Assembly: GCA_904063045.1 (NCBI GenBank)
Contig: CAJFCJ010000025.1
Span: forward strand, 310,001 to 374,000
Direction of reading: 5' to 3'
Origin: Dimorphilus gyrociliatus
Lineage: Eukaryota; Animalia; Annelida
DNA: 64,000 bases
A program made the translations under genes and the position numbers. The stretch's first letter is position 1; every line of letters begins with the position of its first letter. This document shows, in pieces, positions 13,375 through 23,500 of this stretch. Under the pieces are notes generated by a model, which saw only the letters and a list, made by a program, of their open reading frames with translations, was not told the origin of the DNA and did no database searches.

Positions 13375-14825
13375 ATGAAGAAAAATTTCTCAATTAAAAT
13401 CTTTTTACTTCTTATACAATTAAGAATTTGCTTTTTTTTAGTGTCAACAAAAACAGCTTATATATCAATTGTTTCCATGAAAAGAGATGTTAACTTTTAT
13501 AAAAGTTTTCAAGTTCGAGGTCGAATTGATTGTATTTCAAACTGTTTAAGTGATAATACTTGTAAAAATTCTAATTATTATAAATCATCAAAAATATGTC
13601 AATTGATAAATTCAACAAGAAATTTAACTGACGATGTAAATTGTGAATATTTAACGGAAATTCAACAATTCGAAGAAGGTAATTTTTAATTTTTCTAAAG
13701 TATTCATATTTTACCAATCTGTTTAACAATGTATTTAATATTTCGAATTATAAAAGAATTGGAAACAACAACAACAACAACAACAACAACAGGTAATATA
13801 ATAGAATATTGAAATAAATGATTAAAATATATAAATCATATTTTTTCCCAAAAATTTATCTATATAATGAAAAGAACTTACTTCAACAGAGATTACGACC
13901 AGTACTGGTAAATACATTGTTTAAAGCTATTCTATTCTTATTCTATTCATTGATAAAATATTTTACAATTATAATAAAGAAAATCCAACAACAACAACAA
14001 CTGAAAGTACAACAACTGAAAATCCAACTACAACTGAGAAAGAAACGTCTACTTTAACAAGTAAATACATAAATTATTATATAATATAACTTTTTGCTGT
14101 ATCTTCACATTGTTTTATAATAAAAAAGCTACAATAAAATATACTACAAGCACTACTGCTACAACTAATATGCCTACCACAACCACTGATGTTCCTAGTA
14201 AGTTTTTAGTATATATTGTAATTATCTAACAAAATTAATAAATACATTAATACTTTTTATAAAAAGCTACATATCAAGTTCCGGAAGGTAATATTAAATA
14301 TAATATATGGAAACATACTTATTTCATCTTGTAGATTTCAATGGCAACCCGTTAATATCCAGAGCCGTTTCAACACCAAATGAAGGCACTTTAATCATTC
14401 TTAGACCAGATATTAAATTTCAAAATACTGGAAAGATATTAAAAGTTTCTTACTATCTTTCTCAATATTCACCTGACACAGAAGAAATGTACATTTTTAT
14501 ATTAGAAAGTGATTATATACCAAGATCTAACGAAAATTCTTATAAGGCTGTCAAAGAACAACGATGTATAGCAAATAAAGTTGGTGTTAACGAATGTTCA
14601 TTAACTCATTTTAATTATGAAATTAATGATGTTATTGGCGTTGGCTTTGTTGAGAAATCTGGTCTAACTTATGACATTGAAACTTGCGTAAACGGAGGTT
14701 ACGATAGACCTAAGATTTTTGAATCTTTAACAAGTCCCTCTGGTGTTTTATATACTGAAACTCAATTCACTCTACTCAGCGAGTGTCGGACTTATAGTAT
14801 TCAATTTGAATTTCAGTACGACTGA
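13375..14825 (+). CDS. Secreted protein: signal peptide + PAN/apple-like domain + Thr-rich stalk + uncharacterised C-terminal beta-rich domain; 7 exons (13375-13678, 13757-13792, 13875-13907, 13980-14060, 14129-14197, 14267-14287, 14335-14825)
   Basis: Hydrophobic N-terminus; PAN-like pattern DCISNCLSDNTCKNSNYYKSSKICQL; five short phase-1 exons encode ELETTTTTTTTT, ELTSTEITTST, ENPTTTTTEST..., TTIKYTTSTTATT..., TTYQVPE. All junctions are GT-AG and in frame. No TM segment. Confidence 0.75.
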
Positions 14826-14835
14826 TGAACTAATA

Positions 14836-14840
<5 letters not shown>

Positions 14841-14870
<30 letters not shown>
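14841..14870. repeat. (TA)15 microsatellite, target site of the Tc1-like element
   Basis: Read directly; its last TA is the left target-site duplication. Confidence 0.95.
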
Positions 14871-14873
<3 letters not shown>

Positions 14874-15093
14874 TCCCGATAAAAAGTCTCGGCCAGGGTT
14901 GTTCTCAGAGTGGAAAAAGTGAATTATTTAACTAACAGGACTTGCTTAATTATCTTTTTTTGTTTAGAATGAAGGATAAGACATATATACAACCGAATTT
15001 ATAAATAGAATTCATTAAAAAATTTTTCCTGCTTTACAGTATTTTTTATTTAAAAATTTTCAAAAACAAGGAGGAGAAAAAATTTCGGCCATG
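14871..15093 (+). repeat. Left TIR (223 bp) with outer and inner direct repeats
   Basis: Reverse complement of 16245-16467 except 14985 (A versus T). Outer ATAAAAAGTCTCGGCCAGG (14879-14897) matches inner AGAAAAAATTTCGGCCATG (15075-15093) at 15/19 positions. Confidence 0.95.
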
Positions 15094-15215
15094 TTCCCTG
15101 TTCCTGCCCAAAAAATAGATAATTATCAGACAAAAACCCCATTAATATTTTTCTATGACATTTCCTGAGTAGTGTTACACAATCAGAGAACAACAGAACA
15201 ATAAAAAATTAAAAA

Positions 15216-16211
15216 ATGGGCAAGATAAGTCTTGAAATGAGACAGAAAATTGTACAATTAAATAAAAGAGGGCTAAGCCAGGTCAAAATATCGAAAGAGC
15301 TAAATATTCCTCGTACAAGTGTGAGATACAACCTAAAAAAGGCAAAAGAATGTTCTTCAATGGAAGACAAACCAAGATCTGGTCGTCCAAGAAAGATATG
15401 CAAATCAGATAAGAGGAATCTTATTATAATTCAAAAAAAAAACCCATTTTTTTCTGCCAGACAGGCATACAATGAGTGGAGTATGGCAGGTAAGGTAAGT
15501 TTATCTTCTGCTAAGAAGATCCTTTATAATTATGGGCTAAAGAGCTATGTGGCAAAGGTGAAACCATTGACTAACTCAGGTAACCGAAAGAAGAGAATTC
15601 TCTTTGCCAAAAAAATTCTTAAAAAAACTGAGGAGGAGATAGAAAGCTACATATTTTCGGATGAATCAACTTTGGAGCTGTACCCAAAGCAAAAGACAAG
15701 AGTCAGATGCAAAACAGGAGATAAACATCTACCACAATATTGCAGAAAGAGCTTTAAAGCAAAGAACTGCAAGGTAATGATTTGGGGAGCTATAAAATGT
15801 GATGGTTCCAGAGCTCTTGCATTTTGTGACGAATCCATGGATTCACAGCAATACATAGAGATTCTAAAAGATCATCTATTGCCTATATACACTAGACAAA
15901 ACACATTTCAGCAGGATGGGGCAAGATGCCATACCTCGAAAATTTCTAAAACATTCCTCAGAAAAAATAAAATAAAATTTATAAAAGATTGGCCTGCCCA
16001 AAGTCCTGATATCAATATAATAGAAAACCTTTGGGCAGTGCTTAAAAAGAGGGTCTATGAAAAATTACCCAAAAATTTGAATGATTTGAAGATACTTATA
16101 AAAGATGAATTTTTTTCCATTTCTGGGGACTACATAAAAAATCTATACAGATCAATCAAAAAAAGGTGTCGACTAGTTATCCAAAAAAAAGGTTATGCAA
16201 TAAACTATTAG
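15216..16211 (+). CDS. Tc1-like transposase, 331 aa, DD35E
   Basis: N-terminal HTH, GRPRK motif, catalytic IFSDES, FQQDGARCH and WPAQSPDINIIENLW. 35 residues lie between the second D and the E. Confidence 0.97.
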   Translation: MGKISLEMRQKIVQLNKRGLSQVKISKELNIPRTSVRYNLKKAKECSSMEDKPRSGRPRKICKSDKRNLIIIQKKNPFFSARQAYNEWSMAGKVSLSSAKKILYNYGLKSYVAKVKPLTNSGNRKKRILFAKKILKKTEEEIESYIFSDESTLELYPKQKTRVRCKTGDKHLPQYCRKSFKAKNCKVMIWGAIKCDGSRALAFCDESMDSQQYIEILKDHLLPIYTRQNTFQQDGARCHTSKISKTFLRKNKIKFIKDWPAQSPDINIIENLWAVLKKRVYEKLPKNLNDLKILIKDEFFSISGDYIKNLYRSIKKRCRLVIQKKGYAINY

Positions 16212-16244
16212 TTTAAAATTGACATTTGATAAGTTTTTTGGAAG

Positions 16245-16467
16245 CATGGCCGAAATTTTTTCTCCTCCTTGTTTTTGAAAATTTTTAAATAAAAAATACT
16301 GTAAAGCAGGAAAAATTTTTTAATGAATTCTATTTATAAATTCGGTTGTATAAATGTCTTATCCTTCATTCTAAACAAAAAAAGATAATTAAGCAAGTCC
16401 TGTTAGTTAAATAATTCACTTTTTCCACTCTGAGAACAACCCTGGCCGAGACTTTTTATCGGGACTG
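16245..16467 (-). repeat. Right TIR (223 bp)
   Basis: Reverse complement of 14871-15093 with one mismatch (16353). Confidence 0.95.
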
Positions 16468-16834
16468 TATATACACATATTATAAATCTGTTTATGAAAC
16501 ACTGTACTAATAAAGTTGACATAAATATGTATCTAATATGCGCATATTCAATTATTTTTTCTAATTTTATCAACTCTGCACGCCATCTATCGTCCTATAA
16601 AAAACTCTACAAGAATGAATGTAATAATTAGGATTAGAATGATCATTTTTAGTTCATAAATAACGTGATAATATACTATGCCTATATTTACAGATAAATA
16701 CAAAACACTCTCTTCCTATTTGTAATCTTGATTAACTAATACAAAAGTGCTTCGTTTGTCAGGGTTACCTACAAGACGTAATTCTTTCCAAGAAATTCTA
16801 GCTAAAGGAGCCTCTAAGATAAAATAAATATAAA

Positions 16835-16840
<6 letters not shown>

Positions 16841-16880
<40 letters not shown>
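16841..16880. repeat. (GA)20 microsatellite
   Basis: Read directly from the sequence. Confidence 0.95.
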
Positions 16881-16884
<4 letters not shown>

Positions 16885-17694
16885 TAGTAGTTGATTATAT
16901 CTTACGAGCATTAAAAAAAAATAATACTTAGAAAAAGCTACGAAAGCAAAAAAAGACAATGATGGATTGATTGAAAGAAAAAAAAAGAAAAAGGAAAAAT
17001 ATCTCTTCTTTTCTCCTCCTTTCTCTTTTTAACTAATATCAATCTATCCCTTTCTATTCCTTTAGAATGCGTGATTTAGGAAGGGTAAACAAAATGAAAA
17101 TAACAATGAAGAGTTCAATTTATAAAGTTATCCCTAGAGATTTAAGATCATCAATTGAATCATTCTCCTTTGTTGTAAAAAAAAAGGTTCTACTCAGGGA
17201 ACGGATTATTATTTTTGGAGAATTTTTCTCCATCTAAATAAACTTTTACGATATCCGATTGATGGCGCTAAATGTTTCTTGATGAAAGAGCAATATTCCT
17301 AATGAAAGACTTGATGTAACAATAGTTGATTTTCATTGTAAAAATAGAAAAAGTAAGAAGGGAAAGAGAATATAGTATTCTATTATACTTCAGAGCTTCA
17401 CTCTTCTATTCTCCTTTTTTAAAACATATTTCCTAATACAAATTCATTTTGCCAAGAATGACAATTAGTTGCCTAAAGCATCATTTATTTTTAAAACATA
17501 TAAAAAGAAGCCATTAATATTTTTTATTGTCAGTATTACTATAAAAAATTTGAGTTTGAAAGTAGCAGGAAAATATATATATTTGTTTTCTTATTGGAAG
17601 ACATTGATAAAATCTTTCAAGTGTTATACAAGAGAGAAAGAGAGAGAGAGAGAGAGATGAAAGTTGAAAAAATCTAGCAATAGAAGAATTAGTT

Positions 17695-20259
17695 TTAAGC
17701 CTCGTAAGTAACATTCATATCAGCAGCCCTATTCTCGAAACATTGATAATCTTTTATTTCTCTCCGTCCATATTTTCCAGAATGAAATATCAAGTATTTA
17801 TCAGTAATCGGATATTCATATTCATAGTGACATTTCCACGGATTACTGAAAATATTAGAAAATATCGTTTAAAGCTACATTTTCTAAATATACAACTGTA
17901 TAAATATCAAGAGAAGCCTGGACGCTTAAATTAAACTTATATAATAATACTTTTAGTAAGGTAGGTACTTAAACTTATCTCATTTTATCATAAAAAATTC
18001 ATAACCAATATAAACTATTTTTATATAGATAAATATATCCACAGATGTTTGTCTAATAGCTAAAAAGTGTGATAATCTCTGATTAATGTATATCATTTCT
18101 TAATTGTACGACAAACATAAGGTAGATATATTAATTGTAATTGTAAAAAAGTCCTATGTTTACCTCAAATCTGACTTCTTCTTGGCTTTCTGATACTTAT
18201 AATACAAATATAGTTTGTAAATTACTACTAATAATATTATCAATAGCACCAATCCCCCACAACCAAGTCCTATAATGAGACCTAAGTTCTTTGCCTTTTC
18301 ACTATTGCTTACTTGATCTGAAGAGGTGATGAATCATGAATTTATTAGCTTTTTTATAATAGGAAAGCGATGGCTGTCGAAAGGAAAAAAAATGATAAAG
18401 AGAGAAAGCCTGAAGGGATAGACGAAGAAGAGAATATATAGAAAAAGAGTGATAGATAGAGGAGAAAGAAGGGTGGAGAAAGAGGGAAAGAGAGAAGGAG
18501 ACAAATGAGTAAAGGAGACCTTGGCAATTCTGCTCGTCATTTGCAATTCGACCACATTGATTGATACCATCACAACGTAAATCGTTGCTAATACATATTC
18601 CAGACTCACACGCAAGTTGATTTGCTGAGCACGGAACTGCAAATAAAAGGTTGAATGAATTCTATTACAGATTTACTTCTTTTCCTTAAACGTAGTAATA
18701 AAGTTTATATACTGTGTATGTATATATTTAAAAAATGCACTCTTACCAGTCGTATAAGCTACTGCAACAATTTCAAAGCCTCTAAAATCAGCTGTTTTAT
18801 CAGTGACAAAATTAAAAACAGCAATATTAGAAGAATTAGTTGTAAAGTTAAGGCTATCAGTTGAAATTTCACCACAAAGAGGTCCTTTCGTAATACTTTG
18901 ATCATTCTGATGGAGAAAAGAAAGAAGTGAAAAAAAAAGACTGATAAAGTTTTATATGAGACTCCATGCCAATGCATATTCACTATTATGAATAAATTGA
19001 TTGTATTTTAGGTTATATAAGAAAGCTTCTCCGTTGTTGAAACTACAACTACATTATCTTTATTATTATTTTTTCCCTAGAAATATAATAGTGAAATTGG
19101 GTTTTAGTAAAGGTAATAGGGTTCATAAACCCGATCTAAAAATAGTACCTTATTTACACTTTTTAATGCAAGAGATATTGAAAATATGAAACGTCTATAT
19201 TTATGGTAGAAGAGAAAAAGCATTAAGTGAAAGGACTATTTTAACACAGTTACTATGATCTTACAATTAAGAGTTATTATCTCCCAGATCACAAACAATA
19301 ACAAGGAAAATGGAATTTTAGATTACAAACAAATGAAGATTTAAACCAAACTGGACAGCGCAAGAAGTTTTACAAAATTGTACTGTGCCTATTCAGATAT
19401 CATTGTCTGATGTCAAAAAGGTTTTACGTAAATACAAGTTGAAATGGAAGAGTTGAAAAACAGGCCCTTCTAAAATCCAACTCTAAAAAGGAGGCAAATT
19501 AACTAACTTTTACAGTTTTTCAACCAAGACTTCACGTACAGATTTAATATGATGATAAGGCAAATCAAAATTATATAACGCCAAATAATCACCTAATAAA
19601 ACCTATTTTCTTTGTACTAATTACTTATTATCGTGACTGTATATGCTAATATGTATATATATTTTAAATCTCCAGTGTAAATAATAATAGTAGTATTTTA
19701 GACATAAGCTTATCATTACTTTGCAATAGTAAATAAATTTTTAGTAGCACAAACTATATTTTACAGCCTTTATTAGTTTGTATCTCGAAAGTTTAAATCA
19801 CCATCACTGGGTAAGTATCTATCAGAAATGATAATTCAGTTTCGGTACTTTGATATTTACCTCTTTTATATCAACATAATCAACGCACTTATTTTCAACT
19901 TTCTGCTCTAAAAGAAATCTGTTAAAGAAGAACATTAGCTTTTTACCAGTTGACACTTCTATTGTCAATTTGCACGAAATATCATCTGGGTATGTCAATT
20001 CAGAACTTGATTCTATCCTTATAGATTCCTTATTACGTATAAATTTATTCGTGCAGCTTTCCTCATTATTCAAGTATACTGTTTATAAAAAAAAATAAAG
20101 AGCAATATCTATATATAATAAAATCTTATTGATGAAGATTCATCAAATACAATAATCTATCTTTTTGCTCTGAAATGATAAAGAAATTGACAAACTTGTT
20201 TCTGTAGCCGAAAGAATCGTTTTAACCAATGAAATAAGTATAAATAATCTTGCAGACAT
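17695..20259 (-). CDS. Type I membrane protein: signal peptide + CUB + LDLa + TM + short tail (MIG-13/LDLRAD2/NETO-like architecture); 6 exons (20259-20196, 20078-19861, 18906-18747, 18636-18520, 18317-18164, 17845-17695)
   Basis: MSARLFILISLVKTILSA signal; CUB: YPDDISCKLTI...FNRFLLE...CVDYVDIKE|NDQSITKGPLCG...FVTDKTADFRGFEIV; LDLa: CSANQLACESGICISNDLRCDGINQCGRIANDEQNC; TM: LGLIIGLGCGGLVLLIILLVVIY. All GT-AG with matching phases. Confidence 0.87.
19343..19456 (+). mobile_element. Possible decayed Tc1 transposase fragment in intron 2 of the CUB gene
   Basis: Translates KPNWTAQEVLQNCTVPIQISLSDVKKVLRKYKL, resembling the second HTH of Tc1 transposases (compare KNPFFSARQAYNEW...VSLSSAKKILYNYGL in the intact element). 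Ends in a stop; no TIR or DDE found. Confidence 0.35.
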
Positions 20260-20568
20260 TTTCTTTTTCTTTTATGCTTCAACTGTTAAACTGCTGAAGT
20301 CAATCGTATACACGTTTCTAAGCGCAGTATAAACAGATCAATATATTATTGCTAATACGGTTTTATAGAATAGGAATTTGAAAGAAATTTGATATATTTC
20401 AGTTTTAAAATCATTTAGCAAAAGAAAAATGTACTTTTTAGGTATTTCGTGAACAATTATGAATAAATAGATATAATTTAAGCAGTATTATGTATTTTCA
20501 CTTTATGCATATTCTTCAAATGATCGTCGACTGCTTATTTCATGTAATTATGATTAACCAATCACTAT

Positions 20569-23500
20569 TCATCTTTTAACTCCCATTGAAGATGTAGTTC
20601 GACTGAAATCGTTACCAGATTGTTCAGAACGACTTTCAGCCTCTTCAATCATTCCTTTACTCTGTGGTTTTTTTTAAAACACAAATTAATGGCCAGTTAT
20701 TAAGTTTACAATTAGGATCGATTAATTTTTTTCCTCTCTCTCCCTGTTTTGTTTAAGAATAGTAGAAAGGAAAAAAAGTACATTAGCTTACCCAAACAAA
20801 AAACGTTGCCGCTGCACTGCTCACGTCTCTAACTTGATTTAATTCCAGATTTTTTATGTAATCTCTAGCCCTTCTACAGTCTGGATAGGAAAAATTCTCA
20901 ACATTCGCCTCTTGAACCCTTCGTTTTAAAGATAGCTTTCCAGTTTTTCCCATTAATGCGACGATATTTCCCCATTTCTGGAATGAATGATCATAACGTT
21001 AAGAGAGCAGACTATCCTATAATATGTACATTTTCTTTTTTTTACAATATATAATTAATAAGTGTATATTATGTTTAAAATACCTTAAGGATACTCTCCT
21101 TTTCACCTAGTAATAGGAAAGTAGCAATCATTGATAAATGAGCTGGCTCAGGAGGAGAATTATAACTCTTTAATTCGGCTATTGTCTTTTGATTTAAAGT
21201 CATTACGGCGTGCCTTAGCTTTTCTAATTTTTCTAGTTGACCTTCAATTCTTTGTGCCATTTTAATTTGAAGGTTTAATTTTTTTGATACGGAAGACCCT
21301 TGAGCCTTTTTAATAATTAATTTCAACTTCGATAAATCTCTTTTACCCATTGCATAGGACAATTCTAATTAAGATAATAAAAAAATAATCAATTTGTCAA
21401 TATACTGTTTAATTCAATTAGAATAAAAGCTAACCTTCAGTTATTGTTAAATAATCAAAAAGCTGCTGTGCTTTGTTCAATAAACCTAATTTATCAGTAA
21501 CTTTATGTTGGCGAAAATTCTTCATTGCTGTAGAAATTTGATGAGGATCTTCCTTATTCATAGCTTGTTTCAACAGTTCACGCCACTTAGCATGTTCTCT
21601 TTCTGTTTTAAATTAAAAAAGATTTAAATTAAAAGGAAAAGGTAAAGATTAATCTATAAACCTATAGCTTTTATTTGTTCCATTCTTTTCCTCTGTTCTT
21701 CTTCTAATGCTTTTTGTTCTTCTGTTTTCTCGGCCACTTCTGTTTTATTCTCTGTTAAAGAAAAAAGATGAAAAAGTAAGAACAGAAGATGGAAACACTC
21801 TTCGAATAAGGATCATTGAGTTCAAAATATAGTATACCTGTTGATTCTTCTTCTTCATTTCCTTTAGGCTCTTTTGATTCAATTACCTGTTTTTTACTTT
21901 CATATACACCAGGTAGGACTTTTTCTGTTTCTTTTTCACTAGTTTCGCCTTCTTCAGCTTCCTGTATCGGATTAAGTTCATCCGGATATGGATCGCGTTT
22001 CCAAAACTGATAAGTACAGATTTGTTGAAGACGTTTAATTCCGTCGCCTTTGTAAACATCCATTTTATATTCTCCATTTTCTGGAAATTCTAAATGGAAT
22101 AAATTATTTTTTCCATTTAACTGAACAGAAAAGTTTTCATTGTCAAATCCTTGAGCGTTTTTTCTCTAAAAAGGGGGAAAAAGAGCAAATAAAAAGGGTT
22201 GAAAAGTTGAATGACAAGTTTAAATTTATCGATAAATGCAAATGAAAAGGCAAAAAAAAAATATTGGGACAGAATAAGAAATGTTGGAAAAAAGCTATTA
22301 CCTGAAATTCCGCATATACAGGAACCCTATTAGCAGGAAGACAAATGTCTAAAGTGTCTTTGAAAATTTCGCTTGAGAATATGGGTATACTCTGATTTAA
22401 TGGCAAAGAACCTTTGCTACTCTCGTTGTCAATAAGGTAGGTATGGATATGATAGAGTTTGTTACCAGTACTCTTTTTCTTTGCAAAAACATTCAAAGCA
22501 AACTCTCCTTTTCCAGGTAGATCAATGTCGAACGTGGTAATTTTGCCTGAATTATCTATTCTCTTATCTATCAAGTTAAACAAATCTCCTGGTTGATAGT
22601 TATTTGAAGTTAATTCAGCAAAAATTTCAAGTTCTTCGTCATTTACTTGAAAGTCTACAGACAGCTTACCATCGGTTGGTTTAACAATAGGCGAATTGTC
22701 TAGGGCGACTACACCAAGCTTAGAAGCTAGATGAGATTTACCAACGGCACCTTCGTGCATTTTAGGGAAAGCTTCACATTCTTCATCTGCTTTCAAACAT
22801 TTAATAAGATAATTACACACGTTTGGTAAGTCTCCTTCTGATCCTTCTCCATCTGCGAAAAGTTTTAGAGCATAATCTCCTCCTGTAGGTAATCTCAAAC
22901 TAACAATCATTTCATCTCCTTCAGTTCTTAAAAGTGTATGTTTTGAAAGTAGCAATTCGTCCAGGGAATTTGACCTCAGATTTTGAAGTACAGATAACGA
23001 TTTAGCCAAATTAAATCTTAATTCTACCTTTCCGTCGGACGTTTCTATAATAGGAGATTGGTGGCTCTTCGCTTCAATCCCTTTTTCTTTCGCTTCAATT
23101 CCTATTCCCCAGCCAATTTCCGGAATATCCGGAAGAGGTTCGACCTTAAGAGGTTTGTCATTAATAATCAAATAACTGCATGCTAAGTCGTATCCTTCGT
23201 GCCGAGATTTATCAGTACCGAAAATGTCCAGCTTGAAAGTTCCTGTACGAAGTTCAAATAATATTTAGTATGGCTTTTCTTCCACAAAGTCCTCATCGCG
23301 TGTAAATCTTTTTTCAGGTGATAGAATACAATTTAATAATTATCTGAACTATCCAAACAATCTCTTTTATACATAAACCAATAGACTAATTAAGTTGTAA
23401 ATCAATAATTTTTATGTTAATGGTAAAATCGTTACTGAATTAGGACGAAACCGGAAATAATGAAGTTGTTAAACCTACCTTTTATTGGAAACTTTATTTG

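Larger units (their letters stand above)
14871..16467 (+). mobile_element. Full-length Tc1/mariner-superfamily DNA transposon, 1597 bp, apparently intact
   Basis: Ends are CAGTCCCG...CGGGACTG, flanked by TA on both sides (14869-14870, 16468-16469). The 223-bp TIRs differ at one position. One uninterrupted transposase ORF. Confidence 0.97.

Noticed and set aside
15209-15856. Antisense ORFs inside the transposon
   Set aside because: Short shadows of the transposase ORF with no recognisable motifs.
19505-19600. Minus-strand DYLALYNFDLP... as a second CUB exon
   Set aside because: Exon 2 (IKE) joins in phase 0 directly to NDQSITKGPLCG and completes one CUB domain. The extra segment has no compatible flanking exons.
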